Part shown: piece after piece, positions 32,903 through 44,462 of the stretch
Numbering within the stretch: position 1 is the first letter of the stretch
How the letters are laid out: each line of letters opens with the position of its first letter
From: an uncultured Nitrososphaerales archaeon
GTDB lineage: Archaea; Thermoproteota; Nitrososphaeria; Nitrososphaerales; Nitrososphaeraceae
Assembly: GCA_963709405.1 (NCBI GenBank)
Contig: CAVPXM010000086.1
Coordinates: 1-48,371, forward strand
Direction: 5' to 3'
Length of the DNA: 48,371 nt
Position numbers and translations under genes: made by a program
The notes under the pieces: generated by a model
Databases searched by the model: none
What the model saw: the letters and a program-made list of their open reading frames with translations, nothing else
What the model was told of the DNA's origin: nothing

Positions 32903-34843
32903 TCAAAAGAGTTGTTCACCGCGGTGTAGTTGATTTGCTATCTGATAAGTCCTAATTTGAGACCGCATTGTAGGAGAATGTGCAGCTAAATATCTGGAGA
33001 TCGCTAATAAAAAATTCACTCTTGCTATACTGTTAGTACTGATATTATCATTATTTTCCTCATCCAGAAGAGAATATTGTCTGGATGCTGCTTCAAGCAT
33101 TTGAATAGAGTGGAAGTTTCGATCTTCCCGTAACAAGAGCTTTACTAGGATAGAGATGAGTTGATCTGGATCCCCACCTCTATAAAGATAATCTGCTACC
33201 ATTTCTGAGGCTTCATTTACTCTCTGTTGCTTATCCAATAGGTCTGATAACCTACACCATATAGTTTTAGGTGAACGATTTATCCCATCGTTATTAATAT
33301 TATCATAGGTAGATCCTTTAGGAATGGTCGCTGATGGTATATTGAGGAAACGATTAAGGTATACTCTGATTGCAGCATCGAAAACTCCTCTCAACAGCTC
33401 AGTTGTAGGAATCCGTCTTAACCCTTGATGTAATGCATTCGCAAAAGTAAATGTGTGTAATATAGCATCCCAATCACTGAATTCATTTCGCGTATGAAAT
33501 TGTACTATTCGTAAAGCTGAAGCATAACATACAATGCTTGCCAACTCCCATTCGGTAGTACCTTGCTCTAATGCGCTTAATAATACATCTATTATTGATT
33601 GTGGATTATCACCCAATAGCACTGTTACCAAAGCATCTAAATCAATGATTGTGTTACTCCTCTTTCGGTGTGCCTTCTTACTTTTATCATCAACATAATT
33701 CGTTGTTTCTTCTTGTTGATCAGTTAGTCTCACAGCCTTACCTTTTTTTAAAGCTACTGGCAATTTACTAAAAGCACCTTCAAGAATAGCTACCAAGTCT
33801 ATCGGGTAACGCCAAGAGCTTGATTCTTCCATCCTTTCAGCAGACGCATAGCCAGTTACAAGACTAGTTAGTATTGATTCTATTAATATCCTGTCATGAT
33901 CCCAATCCAGTTTATCAATTGCTTCTAATGCTTTATTGGTGAAATCAAGGGTATGCCCTATATCAAGAAAACGGTGATCGGTGGCTGCCGCAAAAAGCAT
34001 ATCTGCGATCTGTTGTATATTAACACCAAGTTTTATGGCGGTAGCAATACATCTCTCTGCAGATTGACCATCACGTGATTCGATAAACTGCCTAAACCAG
34101 CGCTTGAGTGTAACTAAGTCAGGCCAAGGTCCTGGAAGTGGAGTAATTTCAAATCTAGGAGGCATCGAAACACAGTCTTCTGCCACAGCGCAAAGGCCTT
34201 GGTAAAGTGCATGTGGTCTATCTTCGATATCGAGATATGGCGTCATATTCATCATACATGTGAGGACAGTTAGTCCCTGTCCCCAGCCAGATTGCTTATA
34301 ATGGGTGCCAAAATCGAGACCAATTCGAAACACATTTACAAGTTTAGATTCATTCTTGTTACTTCCAGTTTCACATTCATCCAGTAATGCGATAACTGCT
34401 TTAGCTATAGTTAACCTGAGATTTTGCTTTAGCCCACTACATAATAGCATTTGATAATGAGAAGTCACATCGACAGAAGACAGCGATGAAATACTCACCC
34501 AAACTTCATTTTTATTTCTAATCTTTACAGGAAAAGATCTCACATCACCAGCCCATTGGTCAAATGTACCACCACCGTTAAGATCAAAGCGTGCATGATG
34601 CCAATGGCATGTAAGGATAGCATCTTTAACAGTACCTTGTATTAGCGGAAAGCCCATATGAGGACATCTGTTATCTATTGCATAAACTTTTGAATTACGA
34701 TAGAAAAGAGCGACTATATGTCTTTGAATAGGTACAGATAAGCATTGACCAACAGCGTTTTGTATATCAAATAAACTTGCTGCAAATACATAATGGTCAT
34801 CATTACCATTTACTTTTGACATGTTTGTCACACACATAGCCAA
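32903..34843 (-). CDS. Rieske [2Fe-2S] domain protein with long helical repeat region
   Basis: NRCPHMGFPL and TCHWHHARFDL Rieske ligands, plus recurring His motifs GHTLDF, LHTFTFANA, FHSIQM. Confidence 0.9.
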   Translation of the reverse strand: MAMCVTNMSKVNGNDDHYVFAASLFDIQNAVGQCLSVPIQRHIVALFYRNSKVYAIDNRCPHMGFPLIQGTVKDAILTCHWHHARFDLNGGGTFDQWAGDVRSFPVKIRNKNEVWVSISSLSSVDVTSHYQMLLCSGLKQNLRLTIAKAVIALLDECETGSNKNESKLVNVFRIGLDFGTHYKQSGWGQGLTVLTCMMNMTPYLDIEDRPHALYQGLCAVAEDCVSMPPRFEITPLPGPWPDLVTLKRWFRQFIESRDGQSAERCIATAIKLGVNIQQIADMLFAAATDHRFLDIGHTLDFTNKALEAIDKLDWDHDRILIESILTSLVTGYASAERMEESSSWRYPIDLVAILEGAFSKLPVALKKGKAVRLTDQQEETTNYVDDKSKKAHRKRSNTIIDLDALVTVLLGDNPQSIIDVLLSALEQGTTEWELASIVCYASALRIVQFHTRNEFSDWDAILHTFTFANALHQGLRRIPTTELLRGVFDAAIRVYLNRFLNIPSATIPKGSTYDNINNDGINRSPKTIWCRLSDLLDKQQRVNEASEMVADYLYRGGDPDQLISILVKLLLREDRNFHSIQMLEAASRQYSLLDEENNDNISTNSIARVNFLLAISRYLAAHSPTMRSQIRTYQIANQLHRGEQLF

Positions 34844-35296
34844 TAGATAAATGATCTAATAAAAACATAAAGTCTCTGAAAATACCAAACTTATTTGTCT
34901 GAGATGATTACTAACCAAAACAAGTTAATTAACTAGATAATATCTCTTTTCTGCTTCCTATCAAACGCGCTCTTCTTTTATACTATACAGAGTATAAAGG
35001 GTCAGAATTTTTAGACAGGAATTTCGACATAGTACTTAAACTATTGAAATTTAGTTCTTGCTATAATTAGGAATAACAAAGGATTGTCTAATTTTGAATT
35101 TGCTAATCATTATGTATTATAGATACTTTATAATGACCAATCTTGAGATTATTACAATTAGCTATCTAATCATTAATGAATTATGATAATTTAAAATTGA
35201 ATACTGTCTCATGAGCACATTGCGATCTCCTCACAGTATTGTGATAAACACAAATCGTTCAGATGGAGGGAGATAAATCTTGATTTTTCAGTATTA

Positions 35297-35512
35297 ATGC
35301 ATCGTGATACTAATATCGACAGATGGCCCCACAACTACGGGTCTAGTGGTGGATATGCACTAGCATATTTGAATATTGCAGATAATCTTCCAGACAGTAG
35401 TGAAGTCGAATCGGATCTCTTGGATCATGTTCCGATAGATACAAAGCGTATTCTCGATCTTGGTACAAGCTATGGTAAACTAGCAGAGTCTGACAATAGC
35501 TATCTTTTGTAA
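35297..35512 (+). pseudogene. Class I SAM-dependent methyltransferase N-terminal fragment
   Basis: Motif I region KRILDLGTSYGKL, followed by truncation. Confidence 0.6.
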
Positions 35513-36351
35513 GAGGTTAAAATATTAATTAACGACATAACTTTAAGATCAACTTGCTTCAATGCTTGACATACTGACACGAGGATCTACTTTACTAATA
35601 TCAATTATCATTTGCTTATAATAGTATAAGAAAATCAAATAATTAGACAAGCTCAGTCAATGGTTAATGTGAATACAGAGTCGAGGAAAAGTAATTAAAT
35701 GAGATTACTTGAAATCTCGTAATAGAAGATACAAATTAGGAATAGGAGAGGATATACTATTGATACTATTATTACCACTGCTCGTGTAATGGTATCAAGA
35801 ATAGACTGACGACAAAGAGTAATCCTACAACCATTCCGATGACACAGATGTTTGCTTTGATCGCTTTTAGTAGATTTTTCATCAATTTTATAATTCCTTT
35901 ATGTAGTATTACTAGTCTGCTTGCATTTATCGCTTAGAACTAAGCAGCAGATTTTATTATTAATAACGACGATGTGTTACCTATTCCATTTTGGCAATTG
36001 AAACCTATAGTATATAGCGAGTCGAAGATAAGTGAATCATGAAAGGAAATAAGAAATCGAATAGTAAGAAAGACTTTTCTATCATAAACATTTTAGCTGC
36101 CAGCATTACTTTTAGCCTTGCAAATAGCATGAATTAGTGATAATAGTATGCTATGATTTAGCATAATTATTTGTTGAAGACCAAATTACCACTATTCTGC
36201 TAGAATTTCTCAATTTATGTAGCTTGTCTTCTATTGGCTACTTGACTCCGTGTACTAATATGAAAGATTTGCATAATATGGCGACTGAGGAAGCATCCCG
36301 ATAGTATTATAATAACTTGTTAAATACCAAAGGCATACTCTAACTTCTTTT

Positions 36352-36498
36352 TCACTTTAATAGCCCAATTTGCTTAAACAGTGAAGGTTTTATTGTCTTG
36401 TCCTTAATCTTACACGCTGTAAAGTGCCATGCAACTTCTAGGGCTAGATACGTAGTCATAAATCCTATGATAGGATATATTACTAGACTTTCTAACAT
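36352..36498 (-). CDS. 48-aa single-TM protein (not in ORF track)
   Basis: MLESLVIYPIIGFMTTYLALEVAWHFTACKIKDKTIKPSLFKQIGLLK. The paralog at 14.4 kb supports that it is coding. Confidence 0.75.
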   Translation of the reverse strand: MLESLVIYPIIGFMTTYLALEVAWHFTACKIKDKTIKPSLFKQIGLLK

Positions 36499-36739
36499 AT
36501 TTAGAAATGTTGCTTAGTTACTTTAATTACTTTTATCAAGTTCATTGATGACTTGTCAGTATTGCTGCTGATATATTCCTACTTATCATTATTTTTTCTG
36601 GCGCAGCTCGATACACAAAATAGAATCCGATGATTTTTACCACTAAAACAGCTCTTTCTCCTAGAACAATATTCCTGAAGCGGCATGAATAATTGGAACA
36701 TAAACTTCAAATTAATCAGTACAAACTAACGAAAAGAAA

Positions 36740-37230
36740 GCTGATGAATTCAATTTTTACTTTCAAGCTTGAAGCTATTAAACCACATGCTGTCTGTAAT
36801 GAAGGACTAGGGCAATGGCTAACGAAAATAATTTCTCTATACTGAAAGGATGGCATTATATTCTCTACGATTAGATAGTGGAGAAGTCAGAGAACCGCAC
36901 TGGCATCCCAATGCGGCTGAATTGGACTAAGTAATAAGCGAAAGGGGACGAATGACCATTTTTAGTCCTGGGCAGTAACATAGATACATTTGAAGTTTGT
37001 CCGTGAGAGATAGTTTTTATTCCGCCCGCATACTTTCATTATATAGAAAATTTGAACTAGTGAAGACATACAATTTGCGGTCTTCAGACATGAAGGACCA
37101 GAAGACATCGGTATTTCAGGTGCCTTTGGCGCATATTCAAATTAGGTCTTGTGGTCTATTTTTACTTTACATCCAAAAATCCTGGATGCGTTACCAAAAT
37201 ATCAAGAAAGCCTCTATGTCGTAGCTGCAG
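36740..37230 (+). pseudogene. Oxalate-decarboxylase-like cupin, degraded
   Basis: Across frames: LYSLRLDSGEVREPHWHPNAAELD*, IVFIPPAYFHYIENL, PEDIGISGAF, with several stops. Confidence 0.75.
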
Positions 37231-37419
37231 GCTAAATAGGTAAAATAGCTACTGACGTCGCCTGTTTGGGATCAATCGACATAAATGGAATAGTCGTTAT
37301 CTTTAAGATCTAATCATGTTTAAAACAAGATTTACTCATTAATCAGATTTTGAAATAGGATTGTCATTTGTAATGCTAAATTGTACTCTTTATTTGATGT
37401 TCGATGGATCCATTCTGGC

Positions 37420-37560
37420 TCAACCTCTCAATCTATCTTGATTAAATTCCGGACTACCATATTCACTTATTTTTGACTTTCTTCCATGTACTTTTTTATG
37501 AATTTCTAAACGCCTCTTCTCTTCAAATTGCGTTCCGCATTCTTTGCATTTAAAGGCCAT
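37420..37560 (-). CDS. 46-aa C2H2 zinc-finger protein (not in ORF track)
   Basis: MAFKCKECGTQFEEKRRLEIHKKVHGRK... fits F-x-C-x2-C-x3-F-x5-L-x2-H-x3-H. Confidence 0.85.
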   Translation of the reverse strand: MAFKCKECGTQFEEKRRLEIHKKVHGRKSKISEYGSPEFNQDRLRG

Positions 37561-37674
37561 TGATAAGAATAGTTTAGTGAGCTAGGATAAAAGAATGTGG
37601 TACAAAGTCAGGCCAGGAGCAAAGTGTAAATCATGGACTCGGTCCAGAATCAAAATATATCTATAATAGTTAAT

Positions 37675-38247
37675 TGTTGTACTTACTGACATAGGTGACA
37701 TTATAGCTTACAGACATGGGTTACACTTCTGTCGGGAAGTGAATCCATATAGAAATCAGAATAAGGTTTAATCTAATACATGAAAAAGAATGGACTGGTG
37801 ATACCATATGTATTATTTGTAAAAGATATGGTATATCCAGAAAGACTTACTACAAGTGGAATAATAGATACAAGCAGAAAGGGATAGAAGGCCTATCAGA
37901 TAACTCCAGAAGGCCTCATAAAATCAACTACAGGAAGGTAACACCAGAAGTAGAAGAGACTATACTTGATCTACGATTAACTAAGAGATTTGGATGTAGC
38001 AGGATCAAATTTCGACTAAAAAGAATCATTGGAATCTCATTAAGCACCCGAACTATATACAAGATACTAAAGAGACATTGTCTTAATATCCTCATGTGTA
38101 AGGCCAAAGCAAGAACTTACAAACGGTTTGTCATGAAGCATCCAAATGATATGGTGCAAGTGGATATCCTTGGCCCTTTCTATCTGAGTAATTCCAGTCA
38201 AAGGAATTACATCATTAGTTGCTTAGATGATTGTTCTAGGAAGGTAG
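37675..38247 (+). mobile_element. IS481-family element, left part only
   Basis: Near-identical to 45314-45887. Identity stops at AGGAAGGTAG, just before the IS3 IR. Confidence 0.92.
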
Positions 38248-38252
38248 GGGAG

Positions 38253-39507
38253 TGTACCCCTCCAAACTGGGCAGCTTGTCAAGAGATAGTCTACTACCCA
38301 TCTAATTATTACCTCCATTTATCATAGCATAAAACTCCTTCGGTGTCATGTACTTTAATGATGAATGCGGCCTGTTCCAGTTGTAGTCATGGAAGAACTT
38401 GTGGATAACAAGGTCGGCTTCTTGGAATGTCTGAAAGTCGTGCTGCCAAATACAGTCTTCTTTGATGGACTTGTGGAATGCCTCGATATACGCGTTCTGG
38501 TCAGGTCTATTCTTTCCAGTAACTTCATGCCTTATTTCGTACACCTTCAAGGTACTGACAAACCTATGAGACGTGTACTGCGGGCCACCATCACTCCTTG
38601 TTGTCAGACCAAGTAGAGGAGGAATGACGCCATCTGGAAACCTTTCCAGTACTGCCATTTCCAATGTCGTTATAGCTTCATCTGTACCACACTGGGTGCT
38701 GAATGTGTACGCCAGCCATTCTCTTGTATAACAGTCCAAGATGCTAAACAGATAGCACCACCCATCATGGCCACACCAGATATAGGTTATATCCTGTTGC
38801 CAAAGCTGGTCTGGTCTTTCCGGTATAGTAAGGATCCTCCTTATGATAACATGCCTTCTGACGCTTCTTTTCCTGACAAGATTAGCATGCTTCATGATAC
38901 GGTACACCTTCTTTCTGTTTGCTGTTATCCCACTTCTATGGAGCATGGCTGTTATTCTCCTGACTCCATAGGATGGATATTCCAGTGCCACTTTTTCTAT
39001 GGCTTCAAGTACTGCCGCTGCTGAATCAGTGCGACGATTTCTGCTGATAACCGGTTGCTTGTGCCTGTAGTAATAGGAACTTCTGGAATATCCTGACAGA
39101 ACAGACGCTTTCAGTATGTTACTCTCTTTCATCAACAACTCCTGAAAAGCAGCTTTTCTCATAGCCTTGTCCGCCCCTTTTTTAAAAGCTCATTTGCCAG
39201 TGCTAGGTCAGCTACCATTTCCTTGAGTCTCTTATTTTCCTGTTCCAGCTGCTTTTCTCTATCCGATGCATCTGTACCAGATAAACCTCTTGTACCTGCT
39301 TGAACGAAACTTGCTTTCCAGCTGTAGACCAGGGTTGGTCGAACGTTGTACCTCCTGCATATTTCGACTGTCGGCGTACTTGTGGTCAATATTTCCAGCA
39401 CTATGTTGGCCTTCTCTTCTCCACTCCATCTTCTACCTGGCATATTCTGTACCCTCCAAACTGTATCTTAAAACTGGCCTAAAGCTGCCCAGCTGGTACG
39501 GGGTACA
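38253..39507 (-). mobile_element. IS3-family element (orfA 39159-39443, orfB 38302-39162; -1 frameshift at A AAA AAG)
   Basis: TG..CA ends with IRs TGTACCCC..CTGGGCAGCTT. OrfB has DITYI, SDGGPQY, NAYIEAFHKSIKE, YNWNRPHSSL. Confidence 0.95.
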
Positions 39508-40409
39508 GATCAGTATGAGTCTTTTCTACCAATCACTTTTCATAATGTTTCTCTTAGATTCTCCAGATGGTCAATAGTATTCGTAGAATTCATTCTATCA
39601 TCATAGAAATCATACGTCATTAATTTCTCTTCAGGCCATAGCATGGATATATATGCGGAGAACTTCCTTCTACTTCCATTATGTTCTATCCTTTGTTGCT
39701 GGCCTTCAAAACTCATGGACTTGTGAATACAAGGTTTCTGTGTTATGGTAGTTTCATCTTCAAATGCCATTATAACTCTCTTTTTTTCAGAGCTGATGCT
39801 ACATGCTTGTAGTTATCCACTCTCTTTTTCCCTTGTTCATAATCCTCTCCATGTAATAGTTCCAATTTTGGTCTTTTGCATCTAATTCCCATATCCTTAG
39901 TTATTCTTTGTAGATGTTTGAAACTGATTGGAATATCAAGCTCATCTGTAAGACACCTTGCCAGCGACCTTAGACTCCATGTATTCCTTAGATAACCAAA
40001 GATATGTGGATCGTTAAACAATGCTGAAAGGATAATCTCTTTATCCCTATCAGTTATCCTAGATTTCGATCCTCCAGGTTTCTTGATCTTTATTCCGACT
40101 AGCCCTTTCTTAATGTATGCAGCGATCCATCTTTGTACAGATCTACTGCTAACTCCACGCTCCTTTGCTATGTCATGATAGGTTCTACCTTCTCCTTTTT
40201 GTAGTATAGCCAGCAACCTACGATAATCCTTTTTATTATCGGTACTCTTCATGATTGACTTTAACATATTCTCCTGACCTCTAGAAAGTTTTAGAGTAGA
40301 AGGATGATTCATAAAATAGAGATATTCTACATATGTTAAGCTTTAACTATACAAAAATCTAGACTAGATGATAAATAAAATACGACATAAATATGGACAC
40401 TTCACTTAG
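39508..40409 (-). mobile_element. IS630-family element, truncated at the 3' end by IS3 (orfA 39770-40312, orfB from 39770)
   Basis: HTH plus winged helix (WSLRSLA), A7 slippery run, FEDET first catalytic Asp. It ends at KRLILI, before the expected second Asp. TA at the left end (40410-40411). Confidence 0.82.
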
Positions 40410-40791
40410 TATTGATATTGCAATGATTAGCAAAGATAACTATCTGCTTTTCACACCCATGCTTCACGAAGTAGCTTCCGGAATGATCGAAACAAGACAG
40501 GATTGCTGGTAAACCAATGAGTAATGACTAGTCTATTAGTTGCTATATAGAACAAGGCCGAACTCTTTATTACTTTTCAAGTAGTAGTATATTTTATACC
40601 CTGTGTATGTGTAATGCATATGGGGAAGGTGGTCTGTCTACATATATATCCTCATCCGATGGTGCGGCTACTCTCGCCCACTGGCTTAGATTTTATCATT
40701 TACCAGGTCAGGGTATTTTCTGTGAGCCTTAAGTTCCTTCAGATTTACAGTAAATCCTAAATCTGTAGTCTCGTAATAACTAATAGCAAAA

Positions 40792-42356
40792 GTGACTTTT
40801 AAAGATCTGAGAAAACGAGTTGGTCTGAAAACAATACATCAGAATTTACTTTATGACAGATTAAAAAATAAACCATTTTGGATATGGGACCAGCAGCAAC
40901 ACAAGAAGATAGATATCGAAACTAATGGAGATTGTTGCTTCAATCATATCATTGGGCTACCTACAAAAGGAACAAGAGGAAAACCAATCTTTGATTATCA
41001 AAAATTATTGTATGACAACCTGCTTATTCCAAATATAAATAATCCATTAAAGCATGATTTTAAAGACAAGCATCTATGGGTTAAAAAGGCAACTGGTCTT
41101 GGTGTTACAGAATTCTTTCTTAGATTAATGGCTTGGTTATGCTTGAAAGATGATACTTATCGTAATTCACAAATGTGTATCGTAACAGGTCCTAACCAGG
41201 ATATTGCTATCAAACTCATCAAGAGAATGAAAGCATTATTTGAACCTCATAACATTATATTTGCAAACAAAGAAACAGTATTGGAATTAAATGGTTGCAC
41301 TATTGAAGCATATCCTTCAAATCACTTGGATGCTTACCGTGCTTTAGATAATCCCAAATTCATTTTATTGGATGAGGCAGACTTTTTCAGAAAATCAGAA
41401 CAGGAAGATGTTAGACATGTATCAGAACGATACATTGCAAAATCAGATCCATTCATAGTGATGGTATCAACTCCTAATGCACCTGGTGGTCTTTTTGAAA
41501 AGATAGAAAAAGAACCAGAAGAGACTTGCATTTACAAACGTCTCAAACTGGATTATACTTATGGTCTTGACAAGATATATACAATCGAAGAGATAGAAAA
41601 AGCCAAACAATCACCTTCGTTTGAAAGAGAATACAATCTAAAATATTTAGGCAAAATAGGAAATGTATTCCATACTAAAGACATTGAAAAAGCGATAGAA
41701 CTTGGCCAAAAATATAGCGTCGAATATGAACACCCAGAGATATGCGAAATCAAAGTAATCTGAATATTACATACACTGCTAGAAAGTCATTAGGTCTAGA
41801 TCCAGGTTATGGTAGTTCTGCATTTGGTGTTGTTGCAACTCAGTTTGTAGATGGTCAAATACAAATAATATATGCAGATCAATTTGAAAGACCAGACTTT
41901 AATCAGATGTTAAATGTTGTATGGAATTTAACTAATTACTTTCATTTTACACCAGAAAATAGCAAGATATACGTAGATGCAGCAAATCCTTCCTTCATAA
42001 AATCATTAAAGATACAACGAGGTGAAAGAGAAGATTATGATCAAGCAATAGCAGAATACAAACATACATTCCCAGGTTATGACTGGACTACTGCTACTGA
42101 TATGTTTATAATTCCAGTTAATTTTGCTCAAGAACATAAGAAGATGTTGTTACATGCTAAAATGTTGTTAGAAGATAAACATGGTTTAGTAGCAATAAAT
42201 CCTAAATTTGACAAACTAATAACATCATTAAGAACTGCAGTGGAGAAAGGTGAAGGAACTTTAGATAAAGAATCAACTTCCTACAATGATATATTTGATG
42301 CTTACAGACTCGCATTACATCATTATGAGAAAAAACCTGTAAGGAATGTGTTATGA
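40792..42356 (+). CDS. Terminase large subunit-like protein (ATPase 40792-41763 plus RNase H-like nuclease 41742-42356), split by a -1 frameshift
   Basis: Walker A-like VKKATGLGVTE, Walker B ILLDEADF, motif III VSTPN, FEREY. Nuclease motifs LGLDPGYG, YVDAANP, NDIFDA. Confidence 0.85.
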
Positions 42357-42362
42357 TTTGAA

Positions 42363-42848
42363 ATGATAAATGTTAATGATTCAGTTGTAAATCGCTATTG
42401 TTATGTTTGTGGATATGTTCATGAAAGCAAGGAAGATTATAGAATCTGCGATTATTGTCTAGAGCACAAACGTTGGGTATCTCTACCAAAACCAGTATAT
42501 TACAGATATGGTTTTGCTAAACGTTTAGTCTCAATTTGTGAAGATTGTAATATATACGAGTTTGAAAATCTGAAAGTTAAACCAAGAATTATTACTGTTC
42601 CTACACAGATTAATGCTTTTGAATCAATCTGTAGAGTTATCAAAAGATCGGGTGGGAATAATTCTGTTAATTACTATCAAGTCGTAAGGATGGCATATTC
42701 AGAAAGTGAAGAGTTAAGAGAATATCTTGGTCCTGATGTTATCGACATCAACCTGTATCATAAGACATCATATGGAAGGATTTTATCCTTTTTGAAGGAC
42801 AGTATTTCAAGAATAGAAGATCATCCTCAGCGGTCCACAAGTCAGTAG
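42363..42848 (+). CDS. Hypothetical protein with three CxxC pairs; native C-terminus probably lost at ~42750
   Basis: CYVC, CDYC, CEDC. The last 100 bp overlap the antisense integrase fragment. Confidence 0.55.
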   Translation: MINVNDSVVNRYCYVCGYVHESKEDYRICDYCLEHKRWVSLPKPVYYRYGFAKRLVSICEDCNIYEFENLKVKPRIITVPTQINAFESICRVIKRSGGNNSVNYYQVVRMAYSESEELREYLGPDVIDINLYHKTSYGRILSFLKDSISRIEDHPQRSTSQ

Positions 42849-43386
42849 GTTTGTAGATTGATTTTTCTCTTCTTTTTAATTGGAGAATATTTTCCATTAT
42901 TGCAGGCTTAGATCTTTTATCAGGTTCTACATCAGGATAATATAGCCACTTAAAGAGTCTGAGTAAATATGTCCTAAATAGATTATACGTTCCTATCCAT
43001 TTATGTAGAGGGTCTGAGGCTTCAGTTTTACGAAGACTATCTAGGAATGATAAGACATCGTCTCTTATTACCTGTTTGAATGCTTTATTGTGGTGAAATA
43101 TGGAAAACCTGATCAATAACCTGATATTGTCTCTTCGGTAGTTATCTGCAGGATTGATCTCAGACTTCATTGATAAAATATAATTAGCGATTGTTAGAGC
43201 GTCATCATAGGATATTTTGTAAAATCGTTTATAACAGTCTGATTTAAGTCCTTCTGTAACATTTTCAATTTTTCTATCGAAAAATGGGTCATTGTATTCT
43301 TCCTGTTTCTGTTCTTTCACTGCGGTGAAATTGCTTCTCAGTTTCGTTGTCGCTATTCCGCCTGTATTAGATGAAGACGATACCAT
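42748..43386 (-). pseudogene. Thaumarchaeal-type tyrosine integrase, N-terminal half only
   Basis: DPLHKWIGTYN, KRREKSIYKPTDLWT..DLLFLKYCPSKR..YDTG. It stops just before the expected catalytic Arg. Confidence 0.8.
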
Positions 43387-43490
43387 TTTAGTATATACAT
43401 ATATTGGACTAAGCCGTATGATATAAGCGTATATTATATATCACATTATGTATTAATAATAAATCCTGATTGGAAACAAAGACTCATTTA

Positions 43491-44462
43491 GAGCCTATCC
43501 CAAAATTCGATACGATTATAGCTCGATGTTGCTTTTGCTAAAGTATGGCCTGTATCCAGAAGAAGAATGAGAAAGAGGATGATAAAAAGGATAATCGCAC
43601 CATCATAACCATTCCAGATGAATTGTGGGATGAGATTAAAGTAATTTTACCCAGAGAGAAACCACTCAAAACAGTGGGTCGGCCAATTGTACGATACAGA
43701 AAGGTACTTGATGGAGTTTTATACATCCTTAGAACTGGGTGCCAATGGAAGATGCTACCCAAAGAGTATGGATCGGGTTCCACATGCCATAGAAGGTTTC
43801 AGGAATGGAATAAACTGGATGTTTTCAAAAAGACATGGATTCGATTACTGAAAATATATGATCGAATCATTGGTATCAACTGGACATGGCAATCAATCGA
43901 TAGTATATCCATAAAATCGCCTTTAGGGGGGCGATGACCGGAAATAATCCCACGGACAGGAGCAAACTGGGCACAAAAAGACACATTTTAACAGACAAAG
44001 AAGGTATACCGCTTTCGGCGGTCATTTCATCTGCTAGTACCCATGACATTAAACTGGTAATAGATATGGTTGATAATTCAGTTATTAAAAAGCCGTCATC
44101 ATCATCCAAACCGAAATCAAGAAGAAAGGGAAGAAGGAGAAGGTTACAACATCTATGTCTTGACAAAGCATATAATTCCACACAAGAAGAACAGGAACTA
44201 ATCAGGCGGGGATATGTACTGCACATTAGTCCCAAAAGAAAGAGGGGTGAAAAAGAGGAGGAGATCAAGACGAAAACGCAACCTTCCTTAAACCGGAAAA
44301 AACATTCTGCAAAAAGATGGGTTGTGGAAAGGACAAACTCATGGCACAACAGGTTCAGAAAACTGTTCACACGATATGAAAAGAAGGCAGAGAACTACCT
44401 TGGACTGGTACAGTTCTCCTGTTTTATGATCATCTGTAGAAAGATAATTTTGGGATAGGTTC
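43491..44462 (+). mobile_element. IS5-family element, complete (ORFs 43545-43937 and 43934-44458; -1 shift at G6)
   Basis: IRs GAGCCTATCCCAAAATT and AATTTTGGGATAGGTTC with a TTA target duplication. Motifs ILRTGCQW, LDKAY, RWVVERT. Confidence 0.95.
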
